Source: Candidatus Latescibacterota bacterium
GTDB lineage: Bacteria; Latescibacterota; UBA2968
DNA: 64,000 nt
Reading direction: 5' to 3'
Assembly: GCA_965205975.1 (NCBI GenBank)
Contig: OZ242195.1
Location: forward strand, 4,512,001-4,576,000
The notes below the pieces were generated by a model, which was not told the origin of the DNA, searched no databases, and saw only the letters and a program-made list of their open reading frames with translations. The translations under genes were made by a program, and so were the position numbers. Positions 18,975 through 28,226 of the stretch are shown here, piece by piece; the first letter of the stretch is position 1, and each line of letters starts with the position of its first letter.

Positions 18975-21900
18975 CTACCAGTTAAATCGCACGCCTACCT
19001 GGGTCAGTCTGGGCGTGCTCGCATAAGAGCGATCGCGCACGTCGCCGTATTCCAGATAGGTGCTGTCGGTCGGTCGGGGTCCGTCAACCCCGTAGTACGT
19101 GTAGTCATTCCTGTTGGTCGGGCTTGTCCGGTCTTTCTGGTTGAACAGATTGCGTATATCCAGGAAGACCGAGGTCTGAACCCGAGACGTCATGGCAAAA
19201 GTTCTTTCCAGTGCCAGGTCTGTGCGAGAGTCCATGGCCAGTTCGCGGTAGGGCCGCACGCCGCCTTCTGGCGGGCTGTAGAGGAACAACCCTCCCGTTT
19301 GAACCCGCGTGACCAGGTTGATGCGCGTATTGCGCAATACTCTGCTGACGATGGCACCACCCCGTTCGTAATCGGCTGGGAAGGATGCCAGCATTGAGGC
19401 ACTGCCAAATTGTCGCCGGTCTCCGGCCCGGGGTTTCAGGAATAGCTGCGTATAACCGCCGGTGAGCAGGTAAATGCCCTTGCCTTTGGTCGGTCCCTCG
19501 AGGGGGCGCAGGCCATCCCATTCGCCCGTACCCAGAATCTTGCCATAAGCCTGATTCACAGTAGCGGACTCGTATCGGTTATTGGCCCGAACGGCAATCA
19601 GGTCGATGTCTTCCTGCGACATCAGTCTGGGTACTTCACTGCCGGAAGAATGGGCATCCCAGGCAACCCACACATCGGGAACCGGTACGCCGAATTCGGG
19701 ATGTGTATAGGCGATGTTGACGGCAGCTTGTCTAACGCCTTCCTCATCCATGTAGATGTTGCGTATCACATTGCCTCGCTTGCCCGTGGTGAACGACGCC
19801 CACTGGTAGTTGTAGGACAAATTGAATGAGAAATTGTGGCTGAATCGCTTGCGCAATGCGAGTTCCACGCCCCGCGTATCCCCATAAGCACCGTTGTCCA
19901 ATGTGCGGGAATAGCGAATTGAGGCCGTTCTCGGTCCCTGCCATGTCTCGTTGGGATACCAGGTGAATTGCTCGACTTCAGAGCGGTAATAAGCGGTTAG
20001 TGCGATGGTATAGTCCGAGACAAAGTTCCAATCTGCACCCACTTCAAATGCGGTGGTTTTGGCGGGGCGCAACAAGTGCGTGCCATTTCGACCGCTATAA
20101 GTGGTTTCCAGGTTGTTGTAGCGCTCTGTGTCGTCTATTTGGCCGTTGCCGTTGACATCTCTGTCTTCGGCTTTGCCCGCTACCCAGAAATCTTCGCCAA
20201 AGTAGAACCACAGGTCGGCCCATTGCAGATAAACGCCCGATGAGAACCGGAACTGCGCCTTTTCGGTGATGGGATGCGAAATTCCGATGCGCGGGCTAAA
20301 GACCACGTGCCAGGGTGCCTGTGTTGACCAGATGGATCCTTCATTATAGGCGTAATCCCGCGCCAGGGTAGGTCTGCGGAACATTTCGGAACCGCGGGCA
20401 CTGCCATGCGTTATTCTGCGGGCATTGGGATTGAAAGCATCCATGCGCAATCCCAGGTTCACGATCATGCCTTCAAATTCCATCTTGTCCTGCACATAAG
20501 TATTGATGGAATACGGCTTGACGCCTTCCTCTCCGAACCGACCCTCATCTGCTACGAACATCAGGTGTCGATCCGCAGGGCTGGAATTGGCGATGATCAT
20601 CATCATGATGTCCCGGCGCATAAATTCAATACCGCCCTTGAGCAAGTGGCCCTTTGTCACCTGAGAGGTCAGATCTACTTTAATGCCCAGGCGATTGCGG
20701 TCGCCCACTTTCCAGCGGGCTGCGACTCGCCCGGTGTTAAACCAGTTGGCGTCGCCCGTGTTGTTGGCCGATGTTGCCTGATAGACGCCGCTGGTATCTG
20801 TTAATGAGCGGCTGCGCGAGACGCGCACTTCGTAAAATGTTTTGGGTGAGAGGGTGTGGGTGACAACCAGATATTGCATTTCTTCGCTTTCAATACGCCT
20901 TCCGGCTGCCGACCATTCTGCGGGCAAAAACAGATCTCTACCGCCATTGCCCAGGCCCCGGTGTACGCCCGGAATTGAATCTGCCGTGCGGATCCACGGA
21001 TCGGCCACGCCGTCAGACCAGTATTCCCATCCCTGGTAAAGTCCGCCCAATTTGAGCTTCAAATTAGGGCTTGGCCTGAAGGTGAAACTGCCGGAGAGCG
21101 TCATGTTATCTGGACCCGTGGGGATAAATCTGTTGACGTCGTTGTAAAATCCCGTCTGCTTGGATCCCGGATAGCGATTGGCTAAACGGCTGTGTTTGGC
21201 AGTGGCGACAAAAGAGACATTGGTGCCAATGGGACCCGAGAGATTTGCCTCGGCATCCCAACCGCTGACCTCTGTGTAGTCTTCCCGGATATGCAGGGGT
21301 TCGCCAGCCAATTCTGCCAGTGTCTGGTTGCTCAAACCCAGATCGGGCCGCCGTTGCGTCAGCCAGTTGGGGTTGTCCCACTGCATTTTGTCCTGGTGTT
21401 GTGGGGCGTCATAGACATTCATACCCCAGTGTTTTTTCCCGGCAGGCTCATAGCGAAATTCGCCCCAGCCATTGTACTGATTGCCGCCGTCTTTGGTCAC
21501 AATTTGCACCACACCGGCCTGTGCATTGCCAAACTCGGCGGGTGTGACACCGGTGAGCACTGACAATTCCTGGATTGCACCGCGGTTCACGGTTCGGAAC
21601 TGTCCGCCAGCACCCCGACCATCGTTGTAATTCATCCGTATGCCATCGACCATATAGGCCACGTCGCTGCCCCAGGCTACTTCGCCGGAACTGGCGCCAC
21701 TGCCACCACGGCTACCGCGCAAGCGGTTGGCGCCATCTACGGATACGCCGGGTTGTAGTTGCAAAATTTCGGATGTGCTGCGCACGATGCTCAAAAGGCG
21801 TTCGGTTTCTTCGACGGTTACGGTGTATTTACTCGTGGTTTTGTCCGGTTCCACGAGTGGACGATCGGCAACGACGACCAGTTCGCCGAGTTCTACAGCG

Positions 21901-22226
21901 GCTTCTTTGAGCGAGAAATTCACAGTGACGGTCTGATCGGCGATGATCAGGACGTCTTGTACCAGAACGGTCTCATAACCGACGAGAGAGCCGGTGAGGG
22001 TGACGCGCCCCGGGTCTGCCTGGATAATTGCGAAGTATCCATCGGCATCGGTGACTGCGCCGCGCTGAGTGCCTCTGATGACGACGTTGGCACCCGGCAG
22101 TGGTTGCCCGTTGGCATCTTTAACGACCCCGTTGATTTTACCCGTGCTGCCCGCCCACAGGTCGCCGGTTCCTGCAAATAGGAAACCGACGGCTATCAAA
22201 CTGAAAAACAACAGTCTGTGCTTCAT
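18975..22226 (-). CDS. TonB-dependent receptor with N-terminal carboxypeptidase-regulatory-like domain
   Basis: 1083 aa; signal peptide, GKING.VKDANGQPLPGANVVI.GT.RGAVTDADG, plug region (LQPGV, YMVDGI, AEFGNAQAGVVQIVTKDG), YVQDKMEF, SPRIGISHPI and C-terminal RFNW. Confidence 0.9.
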   Translation of the reverse strand: MKHRLLFFSLIAVGFLFAGTGDLWAGSTGKINGVVKDANGQPLPGANVVIRGTQRGAVTDADGYFAIIQADPGRVTLTGSLVGYETVLVQDVLIIADQTVTVNFSLKEAAVELGELVVVADRPLVEPDKTTSKYTVTVEETERLLSIVRSTSEILQLQPGVSVDGANRLRGSRGGSGASSGEVAWGSDVAYMVDGIRMNYNDGRGAGGQFRTVNRGAIQELSVLTGVTPAEFGNAQAGVVQIVTKDGGNQYNGWGEFRYEPAGKKHWGMNVYDAPQHQDKMQWDNPNWLTQRRPDLGLSNQTLAELAGEPLHIREDYTEVSGWDAEANLSGPIGTNVSFVATAKHSRLANRYPGSKQTGFYNDVNRFIPTGPDNMTLSGSFTFRPSPNLKLKLGGLYQGWEYWSDGVADPWIRTADSIPGVHRGLGNGGRDLFLPAEWSAAGRRIESEEMQYLVVTHTLSPKTFYEVRVSRSRSLTDTSGVYQATSANNTGDANWFNTGRVAARWKVGDRNRLGIKVDLTSQVTKGHLLKGGIEFMRRDIMMMIIANSSPADRHLMFVADEGRFGEEGVKPYSINTYVQDKMEFEGMIVNLGLRMDAFNPNARRITHGSARGSEMFRRPTLARDYAYNEGSIWSTQAPWHVVFSPRIGISHPITEKAQFRFSSGVYLQWADLWFYFGEDFWVAGKAEDRDVNGNGQIDDTERYNNLETTYSGRNGTHLLRPAKTTAFEVGADWNFVSDYTIALTAYYRSEVEQFTWYPNETWQGPRTASIRYSRTLDNGAYGDTRGVELALRKRFSHNFSFNLSYNYQWASFTTGKRGNVIRNIYMDEEGVRQAAVNIAYTHPEFGVPVPDVWVAWDAHSSGSEVPRLMSQEDIDLIAVRANNRYESATVNQAYGKILGTGEWDGLRPLEGPTKGKGIYLLTGGYTQLFLKPRAGDRRQFGSASMLASFPADYERGGAIVSRVLRNTRINLVTRVQTGGLFLYSPPEGGVRPYRELAMDSRTDLALERTFAMTSRVQTSVFLDIRNLFNQKDRTSPTNRNDYTYYGVDGPRPTDSTYLEYGDVRDRSYASTPRLTQVGVRFNW

Positions 22227-22254
22227 AGCACGACCTCCTTAAAGGGTGAATGGT

Positions 22255-22968
22255 TTAACGCCAGAAATAAAACTTAACCCCGGCACCTATATCAAAAAAC
22301 ATTAACGGACGAGCGCGTTCCAGGTCGTAAAAGAGCATGGGTCTCAATTCGCCCACTACGAAATTTAAGCGCCCGCGTACATCCAGGCTGATATTGTCGG
22401 TGACAAATGCCTCCATGCCCGCACCCGTGGTGAGTGCTATGGTGGTGCGCTTGTCAATTTGCGGATCCATTACGGTGTTTAAGTCAATTGGATCGCTGGT
22501 TTGAGCCGGCCATACCAGATTGCTATTTTCGGCGTTATAACGGAAAAAACCACCGCCGAGGGCTATGTAATGGCGATAGTCTTTTGCCCGAAATCCGTGT
22601 TGCCGATTCTCTTCGCCTACAAAGACGAGCGCGTTCACTGCTACGCTGTTGAAGGTCATTGTCGATGAAGCATTGGGGCTGGTGTATTCGAGGCCGTCAA
22701 TCGGATATACAAACGGTTTGGACGCCAGTTTTCCATTGTCGAATTTGGAATAGTGGTATTCCACTTCAACAGTCACGAGGTCGCTGGCCACATAGTTCAC
22801 GTTCAAGCCGTATTTCCCCGCTTGGTCGTAGCGGTCCCGCAAATTGGACAGGGGTACGTGATAATTGGCAAATCCACCAAGACCCCATCCGTTCTGCTGG
22901 GCAAACGAATCTCCCGATACAAGTACCAATAATACGCCCACCAGGAAAGTAGTCAATGTGCGTATCAT
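22255..22968 (-). CDS. Outer-membrane beta-barrel protein (OmpA/OmpW-like, probably 8-stranded)
   Basis: 237 aa; signal peptide, alternating beta-strands and C-terminal GVKFYFWR. Confidence 0.75.
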   Translation of the reverse strand: MIRTLTTFLVGVLLVLVSGDSFAQQNGWGLGGFANYHVPLSNLRDRYDQAGKYGLNVNYVASDLVTVEVEYHYSKFDNGKLASKPFVYPIDGLEYTSPNASSTMTFNSVAVNALVFVGEENRQHGFRAKDYRHYIALGGGFFRYNAENSNLVWPAQTSDPIDLNTVMDPQIDKRTTIALTTGAGMEAFVTDNISLDVRGRLNFVVGELRPMLFYDLERARPLMFFDIGAGVKFYFWR

Positions 22969-23165
22969 AAACGCTCCTTTCTGCAGCTCAAAACTGCGGT
23001 AATGCCATACTTCTGTTATACATTTGACGAGATACTTAGTGTGCTAACCCGGACTATTTAGTGCATTGGCCTCACCCCATTTCTGTTTAGATATTTTAAT
23101 AATGAAATAAATATACACTTAATAATACTTACAAAAACAGTAATTTATATATAGTATTCCATGTC

Positions 23166-23195
23166 ATGATAGCTCCATTGATATAGACATGTCAA
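23166..23195 (-). promoter_or_regulatory. Putative sigma70 promoter of the OMP-TBDR operon
   Basis: Minus strand TTGACA-N18-TATCAT in an AT-rich intergenic region. Confidence 0.45.
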
Positions 23196-23254
23196 GCCTT
23201 TTTTGATTCGATTGTAATCATTTGTAAAAAAATCTCAAATCCTGTTGCGCGCTA

Positions 23255-24760
23255 TCAGGACGTCAATTTGTCGAACAGGTATTTTACCTCTTCTTCTTTC
23301 TCCGGGGTGCGCGTTCCGATCCATCCTTCGCCGAAATACAAACACAGGCCGACCAGGATTTCGCCTCCGGTATAAATGGCGAAGTTGTCCGTTATTTGTA
23401 CGAGGATGGCGTAGGTCAGCAGCCCGCCTGCGAGGGCGAATATCGCGCCCCGCGCTGTGGGTTTTCGGAAGAGCATGCCGAACATGAGCGGTATTGCTAT
23501 GGGGGATAGGAGCGCTCCAAATATCTGGACAGTTGCGGTGAATACTTTTTCCGCGCCTTTGCTTTCGGCGATGATGACGCCTGTGATAATGATGGCTATT
23601 CCAAAGATCAATGTGACGATTTTGCCGACGCGGAAGAGTGTCTGCTGTGTCCATTCGCGCTTGATGTTGCGCTGATAGATGTCTTTTGTGAATACGGCGG
23701 CGAGGGCGTTGAGGTCACTGTCGATCATGGACATGGTGGCGGCGAACATGGAACATATCAATAGGCCGATCAATCCGGGCATGAGTCCGGAGAGCACGCG
23801 CTGGGCCATCAATACATAAGTTTGCTGGAGGTCAAAGCCGGGCAGGGGCGCGAGCGTTACGGGGTCGAAATATTCGGTGAGTATTAATGGCGCGGCCCAG
23901 GCGGGTACGAAGATGACGATGGGATATAGCAGGTAGAGGAATCCCGAGAGGAGCGCGGCTTTTTGGGTATCTCGTGGGTCGGATACGGATATAAATCGCT
24001 GCGCCAATCCCCAGGTGGCGCCGTTATAACTGAAGATGACGACGATGAGATAGACAAACCAGAAGTCTATCCCAATGCCCGCTTCTGCGTTGAAGAATGC
24101 GCCGCGTTCGGCGGGTAGCTGTTCCCACAGGGGGTTCCATCCTCCGATGTTGTCGAGTACGAGATAGAGTACGATTGTGCTGATTACGAGCTGGACGACA
24201 AATTGGATCAGGTCGGTTAATACCGCGGCCCACAGTCCGCCTATGAGGACATAAACTACGGTGATTATGCCTGCGACCAGTACGACGGGCAATACTGCCC
24301 AGCCCGTGACGGTTTGTACGACGACGGAGATCGCGTAGAGTTTGATTCCGAGGTCTATAAATTTGACGCCGATGCCGCAGAGTGCGACCAGAAAGCGCAC
24401 GGAGTTGCCGTATCGCGCTTCGAGATATTCTACGGGTGTGAGCACTTTGAGGCGAGACCATCGCGGTGCCCATACGAGGCAGCCGATCATCATGGCGATA
24501 AAACACGATAGGGAGAATAGCGTCCACATGCTGAATCCGGCGGTTGCCGCCCGTCCCGCAAAGCCCACAAAGACGACGGCGCTGTATCCGGAGACATGGT
24601 GGGATATGGCGGCCATCCACCAGGGCAGGTTGTGGCCAGCGGCGAAGTACGCATCCACGTCCTGAGATTTTCGTTTGGCAATCCCGCCGACCCAGGCCAT
24701 GAGCAAGGCGTAGAGAAGGATGACGACAAAGTCTGTGGGTGATAGCATGTTCATGTCCAT
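23255..24760 (-). CDS. Sodium:solute symporter (SSS family)
   Basis: 501 aa with many TMs; YFAAG..LPWW, EYLE.RYG, GGLWA...TD.IQF, QRF and AATMS.IDS.LN motifs. Confidence 0.9.
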   Translation of the reverse strand: MDMNMLSPTDFVVILLYALLMAWVGGIAKRKSQDVDAYFAAGHNLPWWMAAISHHVSGYSAVVFVGFAGRAATAGFSMWTLFSLSCFIAMMIGCLVWAPRWSRLKVLTPVEYLEARYGNSVRFLVALCGIGVKFIDLGIKLYAISVVVQTVTGWAVLPVVLVAGIITVVYVLIGGLWAAVLTDLIQFVVQLVISTIVLYLVLDNIGGWNPLWEQLPAERGAFFNAEAGIGIDFWFVYLIVVIFSYNGATWGLAQRFISVSDPRDTQKAALLSGFLYLLYPIVIFVPAWAAPLILTEYFDPVTLAPLPGFDLQQTYVLMAQRVLSGLMPGLIGLLICSMFAATMSMIDSDLNALAAVFTKDIYQRNIKREWTQQTLFRVGKIVTLIFGIAIIITGVIIAESKGAEKVFTATVQIFGALLSPIAIPLMFGMLFRKPTARGAIFALAGGLLTYAILVQITDNFAIYTGGEILVGLCLYFGEGWIGTRTPEKEEEVKYLFDKLTS

Positions 24761-24838
24761 TCAACGGAACGGGGTATGAAGGCGAGTAATTACTGACGTT
24801 GTGCTTCGCGTGCGAGCATGACTGCGCCAGCAGTTCAT

Positions 24839-24960
24839 CAGCGAATCAATGTAGGGGCGGTGCCCCTGTGCCCGCCCGTTAGGTGGCGGAGCGGGGTTCG
24901 TCTATTCGTTGATTCGTCTATTCGTTGATTCGTCTATTCGTTGATTCGTCTATTCGTCTA
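24839..24960 (-). repeat. Dispersed octamer-repeat element, copy A (with embedded GTAG-type REP palindrome)
   Basis: Tandem (CGTCTATTCGTTGATT)x~3.5 plus gcggggttcg core, plus GTAGGGGCGGTGCCCCTGTGCCCGCCC. It supplies the stop codon of the 24950..25720 ORF. Confidence 0.75.
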
Positions 24961-25720
24961 ATCCCGCGATTAGTTCCTCAGATGTGAGAGAATAGTGTCC
25001 GAACATTTCCAGGAAGAGTACGGCTCCCCGCGTCTGTCCAAGGTTTTCGTGTGTTTCAAAAGATTCCATTCCCGTGGTGCAGTCCCGAAGGAGGATGATT
25101 TCATATCCGCGGCGTCCCATTGCGAGGGTTCCGTAGTCTCTCATCAAGATGCAGGCGTTGGTGTTGAAGCCGAGATAGAAGAGGAAGAGTATGCCCTGTT
25201 GTTTGCACCAGCGGTGGAGTTCTTCGCCGGTGGAGATGACGGCTTCTTTGCCTTCGACCTGTACGAGGGGATGCATTGCGAGTCTGGCGCGAGTTTCAGT
25301 GAGTTCTTCTTCGCGCGGTTCTATGGGTCGCGCATAGTGTTCATATATTCCCGTTTTGCCGCGAAAGGCGGTGGGGGGCCAGTTGTTTTTGGATTTGGTG
25401 GATGTTTCTCCCTTTTCGATCAGGTTCACCCAGGATGGATGCGCTTCAGCCAGACGAGGTGCCGGGGCGTGGACGATGGGCATTTCCGCTTTTCGACAGG
25501 CGTTCAGGAGGGGGACGATGTTGTTGCGTACGATTTCCTCGGATCGAGCTTCTGTGTCTTTCAGGTAGTGATGCGACCAGATATCGACGAGGACGAGTGC
25601 TGTTTGCGCGAGTGGGATTTTCCAGTTGAGGTGGTCATAGCCCGTGTTCTTTTCGATCCAGACTACGCCTTTGTCAACGTGCCAGCGGTAGTAGCGAGGG
25701 GCGATGGTTATTTTTTGCAT
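24950..25720 (-). CDS. Isochorismatase-like cysteine hydrolase
   Basis: 256 aa; TALVLVDIW, GFNTNAC (catalytic Cys context) and LLRDCT. Confidence 0.8.
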   Translation of the reverse strand: MQKITIAPRYYRWHVDKGVVWIEKNTGYDHLNWKIPLAQTALVLVDIWSHHYLKDTEARSEEIVRNNIVPLLNACRKAEMPIVHAPAPRLAEAHPSWVNLIEKGETSTKSKNNWPPTAFRGKTGIYEHYARPIEPREEELTETRARLAMHPLVQVEGKEAVISTGEELHRWCKQQGILFLFYLGFNTNACILMRDYGTLAMGRRGYEIILLRDCTTGMESFETHENLGQTRGAVLFLEMFGHYSLTSEELIAGLDE

Positions 25721-25744
25721 TTGTCAAGTCTCCGTAGTCAGTGG

Positions 25745-25840
25745 TAGCGAATCTACGAATCTACGAATCTACGACGGAATTTGTAACAACTTTGGGTGGT
25801 TGGGCGGGGTTCGTCTATTCGTCTATTCGTCTATTCGTCT
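25745..25840 (-). repeat. Dispersed octamer-repeat element, copy B
   Basis: (GAATCTAC)x3 - gacggaatttgtaacaactttgggtggttgggcggggtt - (CGTCTATT)x3. Reverse-complement homolog of 55680..55773. Confidence 0.8.
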
Positions 25841-28225
25841 GGTTTCTCCACGGCCAATGGTGTGCGTTTTGTCTTCTCCTGCGATTTTCACTTTTGCATG
25901 TTCGGCACTGGAGACATAAAGTGCCCCGTCGGGTATGGCGTCTATCCGGGCGTCGCCTTCTATGTTCAGTATTTGGGTAGCGCGGAGCAGGCAGGCAGAT
26001 TCGCCGCCGATGGGGATGCAGTATAGCACGCGGTCTCCGCGTGTTTCGAGGATGGCACCGGGAAAGACTGGCAACTGTTCGGTTCTGTTTGCGGTGAAAG
26101 TGCATATTTGTTGTGTGGTGCCGAAGTTTGCGGCGGCGAGATATCCTTCGGCTATCAAGCCGATGCTATCTTCTGGTGCAGTTAGTATTTCGAAGGGGGT
26201 ACCGGGTGTGTCGGCGGCGGTTTGTTCGGGGATTAGCAGGGCTGTTAAGCGGCCCGCTTCTTCGCCCGCACGAAGGGGTTTTTCGCCCGTTAGTCGGGAC
26301 AATGTGAGGTCGTCGGCTATGGCGCGGTAGGGGTTGAAGTAGTGCCGGTTGTGATAGACTGTGTCGCCATTCCCGGTAAAGTGTATGCCCAGGCGGTTGT
26401 CTATGTTGAGATAGGGGGGATGGCCCAGGTTGTCGATTATGTCGTCTGCTTCGGTTTCGCCGTGCCAGCCCGCGTACCGGGTTTCGCCGTTGGGGCGATA
26501 TAGTACGCGCTCTCCGCGGCAGTTGGGAGCCATGTGTGAGAAGTGTTCGTTGGTGATGCGCAAAAATCCCTGGTTGAGTTCTTCCAGTACGAGGTCTTCC
26601 CGGGCGGTGAATTTTTCAAAAGATAAGATGCGGCCATCTGGCAGGCTGGCAAAGAGTACGTGTTGCCGCAGGGATTCCTGGCAGCGGTCTATTATTAGGG
26701 CTGCTGCAAAGCTGTCGTCGTATTCGGCAACGCGCACGGTTTTGAGGCGGTGGCTGTCGGGGCGGTTTTGTACGATGGGTGTGCCGAGCCAGGTGTCTGA
26801 ACACGGAGCGATGGTGTAAATTCCTTCTCGCGTGAGGGGCAGGGCCATGATGGAGTTGCGCCAGGCAAATGAGGTCTGTCCGTGCGGGTGTCTGTGGTGT
26901 ACAAATCCTGCGTGGGGGAAGTGGCGTACGCCCGAGAGGCGCGATTCCATTTCTGCGGTGGGTGCAGGCGATGGGCCTGGTCCAAAGAGGCGATGGAATA
27001 GATATAGACTGGCGGCGCCCGAGATTGAGACTTCGCGCATGATCATGGGGTCTTGCTGATCGTGGGCTTTCAGGGCGAGGTCCTGATCGTACATCCGTCC
27101 CCCATTTCCGCGCTGACGTAGTTCGGCATGTTCCAGTCCCAGGTGTTCCATGGCTGCGGCGTCCGGGTCGTCGAAGAATACGGCGGCAATCGCGTGCGCG
27201 GAAATGGTTGCGAATATGTTTAGATAATGCCAGTCCATTCCCTGAACAGCCTGGGCATATCCGCCGCCGTCGGTGAGTGCTTTCAGGTTTTCGTACACGC
27301 GCTGTTTGTTCCAGAAGAGTTCTGGCGGCAACTCGCGGCCCCAGAGTTGATGCAGACAGCCTACGCTCATCAGGGGAGAGAGGCCCGAAGCCGTGTAGCT
27401 GGGGTGGACCATGCCGTGATTTTCCGCGAGGTAGTCGGGGAGTGCTGTGAAGATTTTTTCGGTCAGGGTGCGTGCGGTTTCGCGGCCTACGAGGCCCAGG
27501 TCTTTGGCGTCTTGTGGCGCGGCGCATGTGGAGAACATCCATCTGCGGGCGGTTGCTTCCCAGGCTGCGGCGTCCGCGTGTTCGGATAGGAAGAGGAAGC
27601 AAGAGGTGAGCCCGTGAGAGGTCCAGGCATTTTCTTCCATCTGTGTGTCTGTATAGACGCCGCTTTTGGGTGCCATGTTGCCGAACCGCGCGGCGTAGTC
27701 TTCATGTACGCGGGCGACCATCATCCATGTTTCTTCATCGACCCATTCCCGCAGTAGCAAGCAGACGTGCGCGAGGCCAGCGACGGTGCTTCCGCACTGG
27801 CTTTCGCGAAAGAAGCCTTTGCCCCGTTCACCCCATTTGGTGCCGCAGTTTTCCGAGCGGCCCAGTCCTTCTTGTGGACGTACGCAGTCCTCGGGCCCGG
27901 AGTCGTGCGTGAAACAGAGGTAGCGCACGCCTTTGATCGCCATTTCCCGCAGGGCGTCGCGGGATACGCCCGTGGATGTCTCGTCGTATTCTGGCGACGT
28001 ACTGGCGTAGGCAAACGTTTCGGCACAACTGATGGTTTCGATTCCGTACCAGTGACATCCGCCGAAGAAATGCCCGCAGTTGGGGCGGTCGGGCCAGTCG
28101 GAAAAGTACGCGATGCCCGTTGGAATCCACTGTTCGATCATCCGAAGATAACGGCGACTCATTTCGTTTTCAGTGTCGGGAAGGTGCGGATGCTGCAGGT
28201 CTGTGGTGTCGGTCATGCGTGCCAT
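25823..28225 (-). CDS. Hypothetical protein; possible alpha-toroid + beta-sandwich lyase-like enzyme
   Basis: 800-aa ORF; helical N-terminal half with EEN.W and ENHG.VHPSY, beta-rich C-terminal half, no signal peptide. The function is a guess. Confidence 0.6.
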   Translation of the reverse strand: MARMTDTTDLQHPHLPDTENEMSRRYLRMIEQWIPTGIAYFSDWPDRPNCGHFFGGCHWYGIETISCAETFAYASTSPEYDETSTGVSRDALREMAIKGVRYLCFTHDSGPEDCVRPQEGLGRSENCGTKWGERGKGFFRESQCGSTVAGLAHVCLLLREWVDEETWMMVARVHEDYAARFGNMAPKSGVYTDTQMEENAWTSHGLTSCFLFLSEHADAAAWEATARRWMFSTCAAPQDAKDLGLVGRETARTLTEKIFTALPDYLAENHGMVHPSYTASGLSPLMSVGCLHQLWGRELPPELFWNKQRVYENLKALTDGGGYAQAVQGMDWHYLNIFATISAHAIAAVFFDDPDAAAMEHLGLEHAELRQRGNGGRMYDQDLALKAHDQQDPMIMREVSISGAASLYLFHRLFGPGPSPAPTAEMESRLSGVRHFPHAGFVHHRHPHGQTSFAWRNSIMALPLTREGIYTIAPCSDTWLGTPIVQNRPDSHRLKTVRVAEYDDSFAAALIIDRCQESLRQHVLFASLPDGRILSFEKFTAREDLVLEELNQGFLRITNEHFSHMAPNCRGERVLYRPNGETRYAGWHGETEADDIIDNLGHPPYLNIDNRLGIHFTGNGDTVYHNRHYFNPYRAIADDLTLSRLTGEKPLRAGEEAGRLTALLIPEQTAADTPGTPFEILTAPEDSIGLIAEGYLAAANFGTTQQICTFTANRTEQLPVFPGAILETRGDRVLYCIPIGGESACLLRATQILNIEGDARIDAIPDGALYVSSAEHAKVKIAGEDKTHTIGRGETRRIDE

Positions 28226-28226
28226 T

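Noticed and set aside
1..22968. Single 23-kb operon from the OMP gene to the left edge
   Set aside because: A terminator-like hairpin and repeat remnants at 15274-15403 separate the TBDR-PorV unit from the TMTC/GWxTD unit, so they are reported separately.
22969..23254. Cobalamin or other riboswitch upstream of the TonB receptor operon
   Set aside because: The region is AT-rich and I could not find the conserved B12-box or other riboswitch motifs.
24899..24960. Tandem repeats as a possible CRISPR array
   Set aside because: The 8/16-bp units are directly adjacent with no unique spacers, and there are no cas genes in the window.
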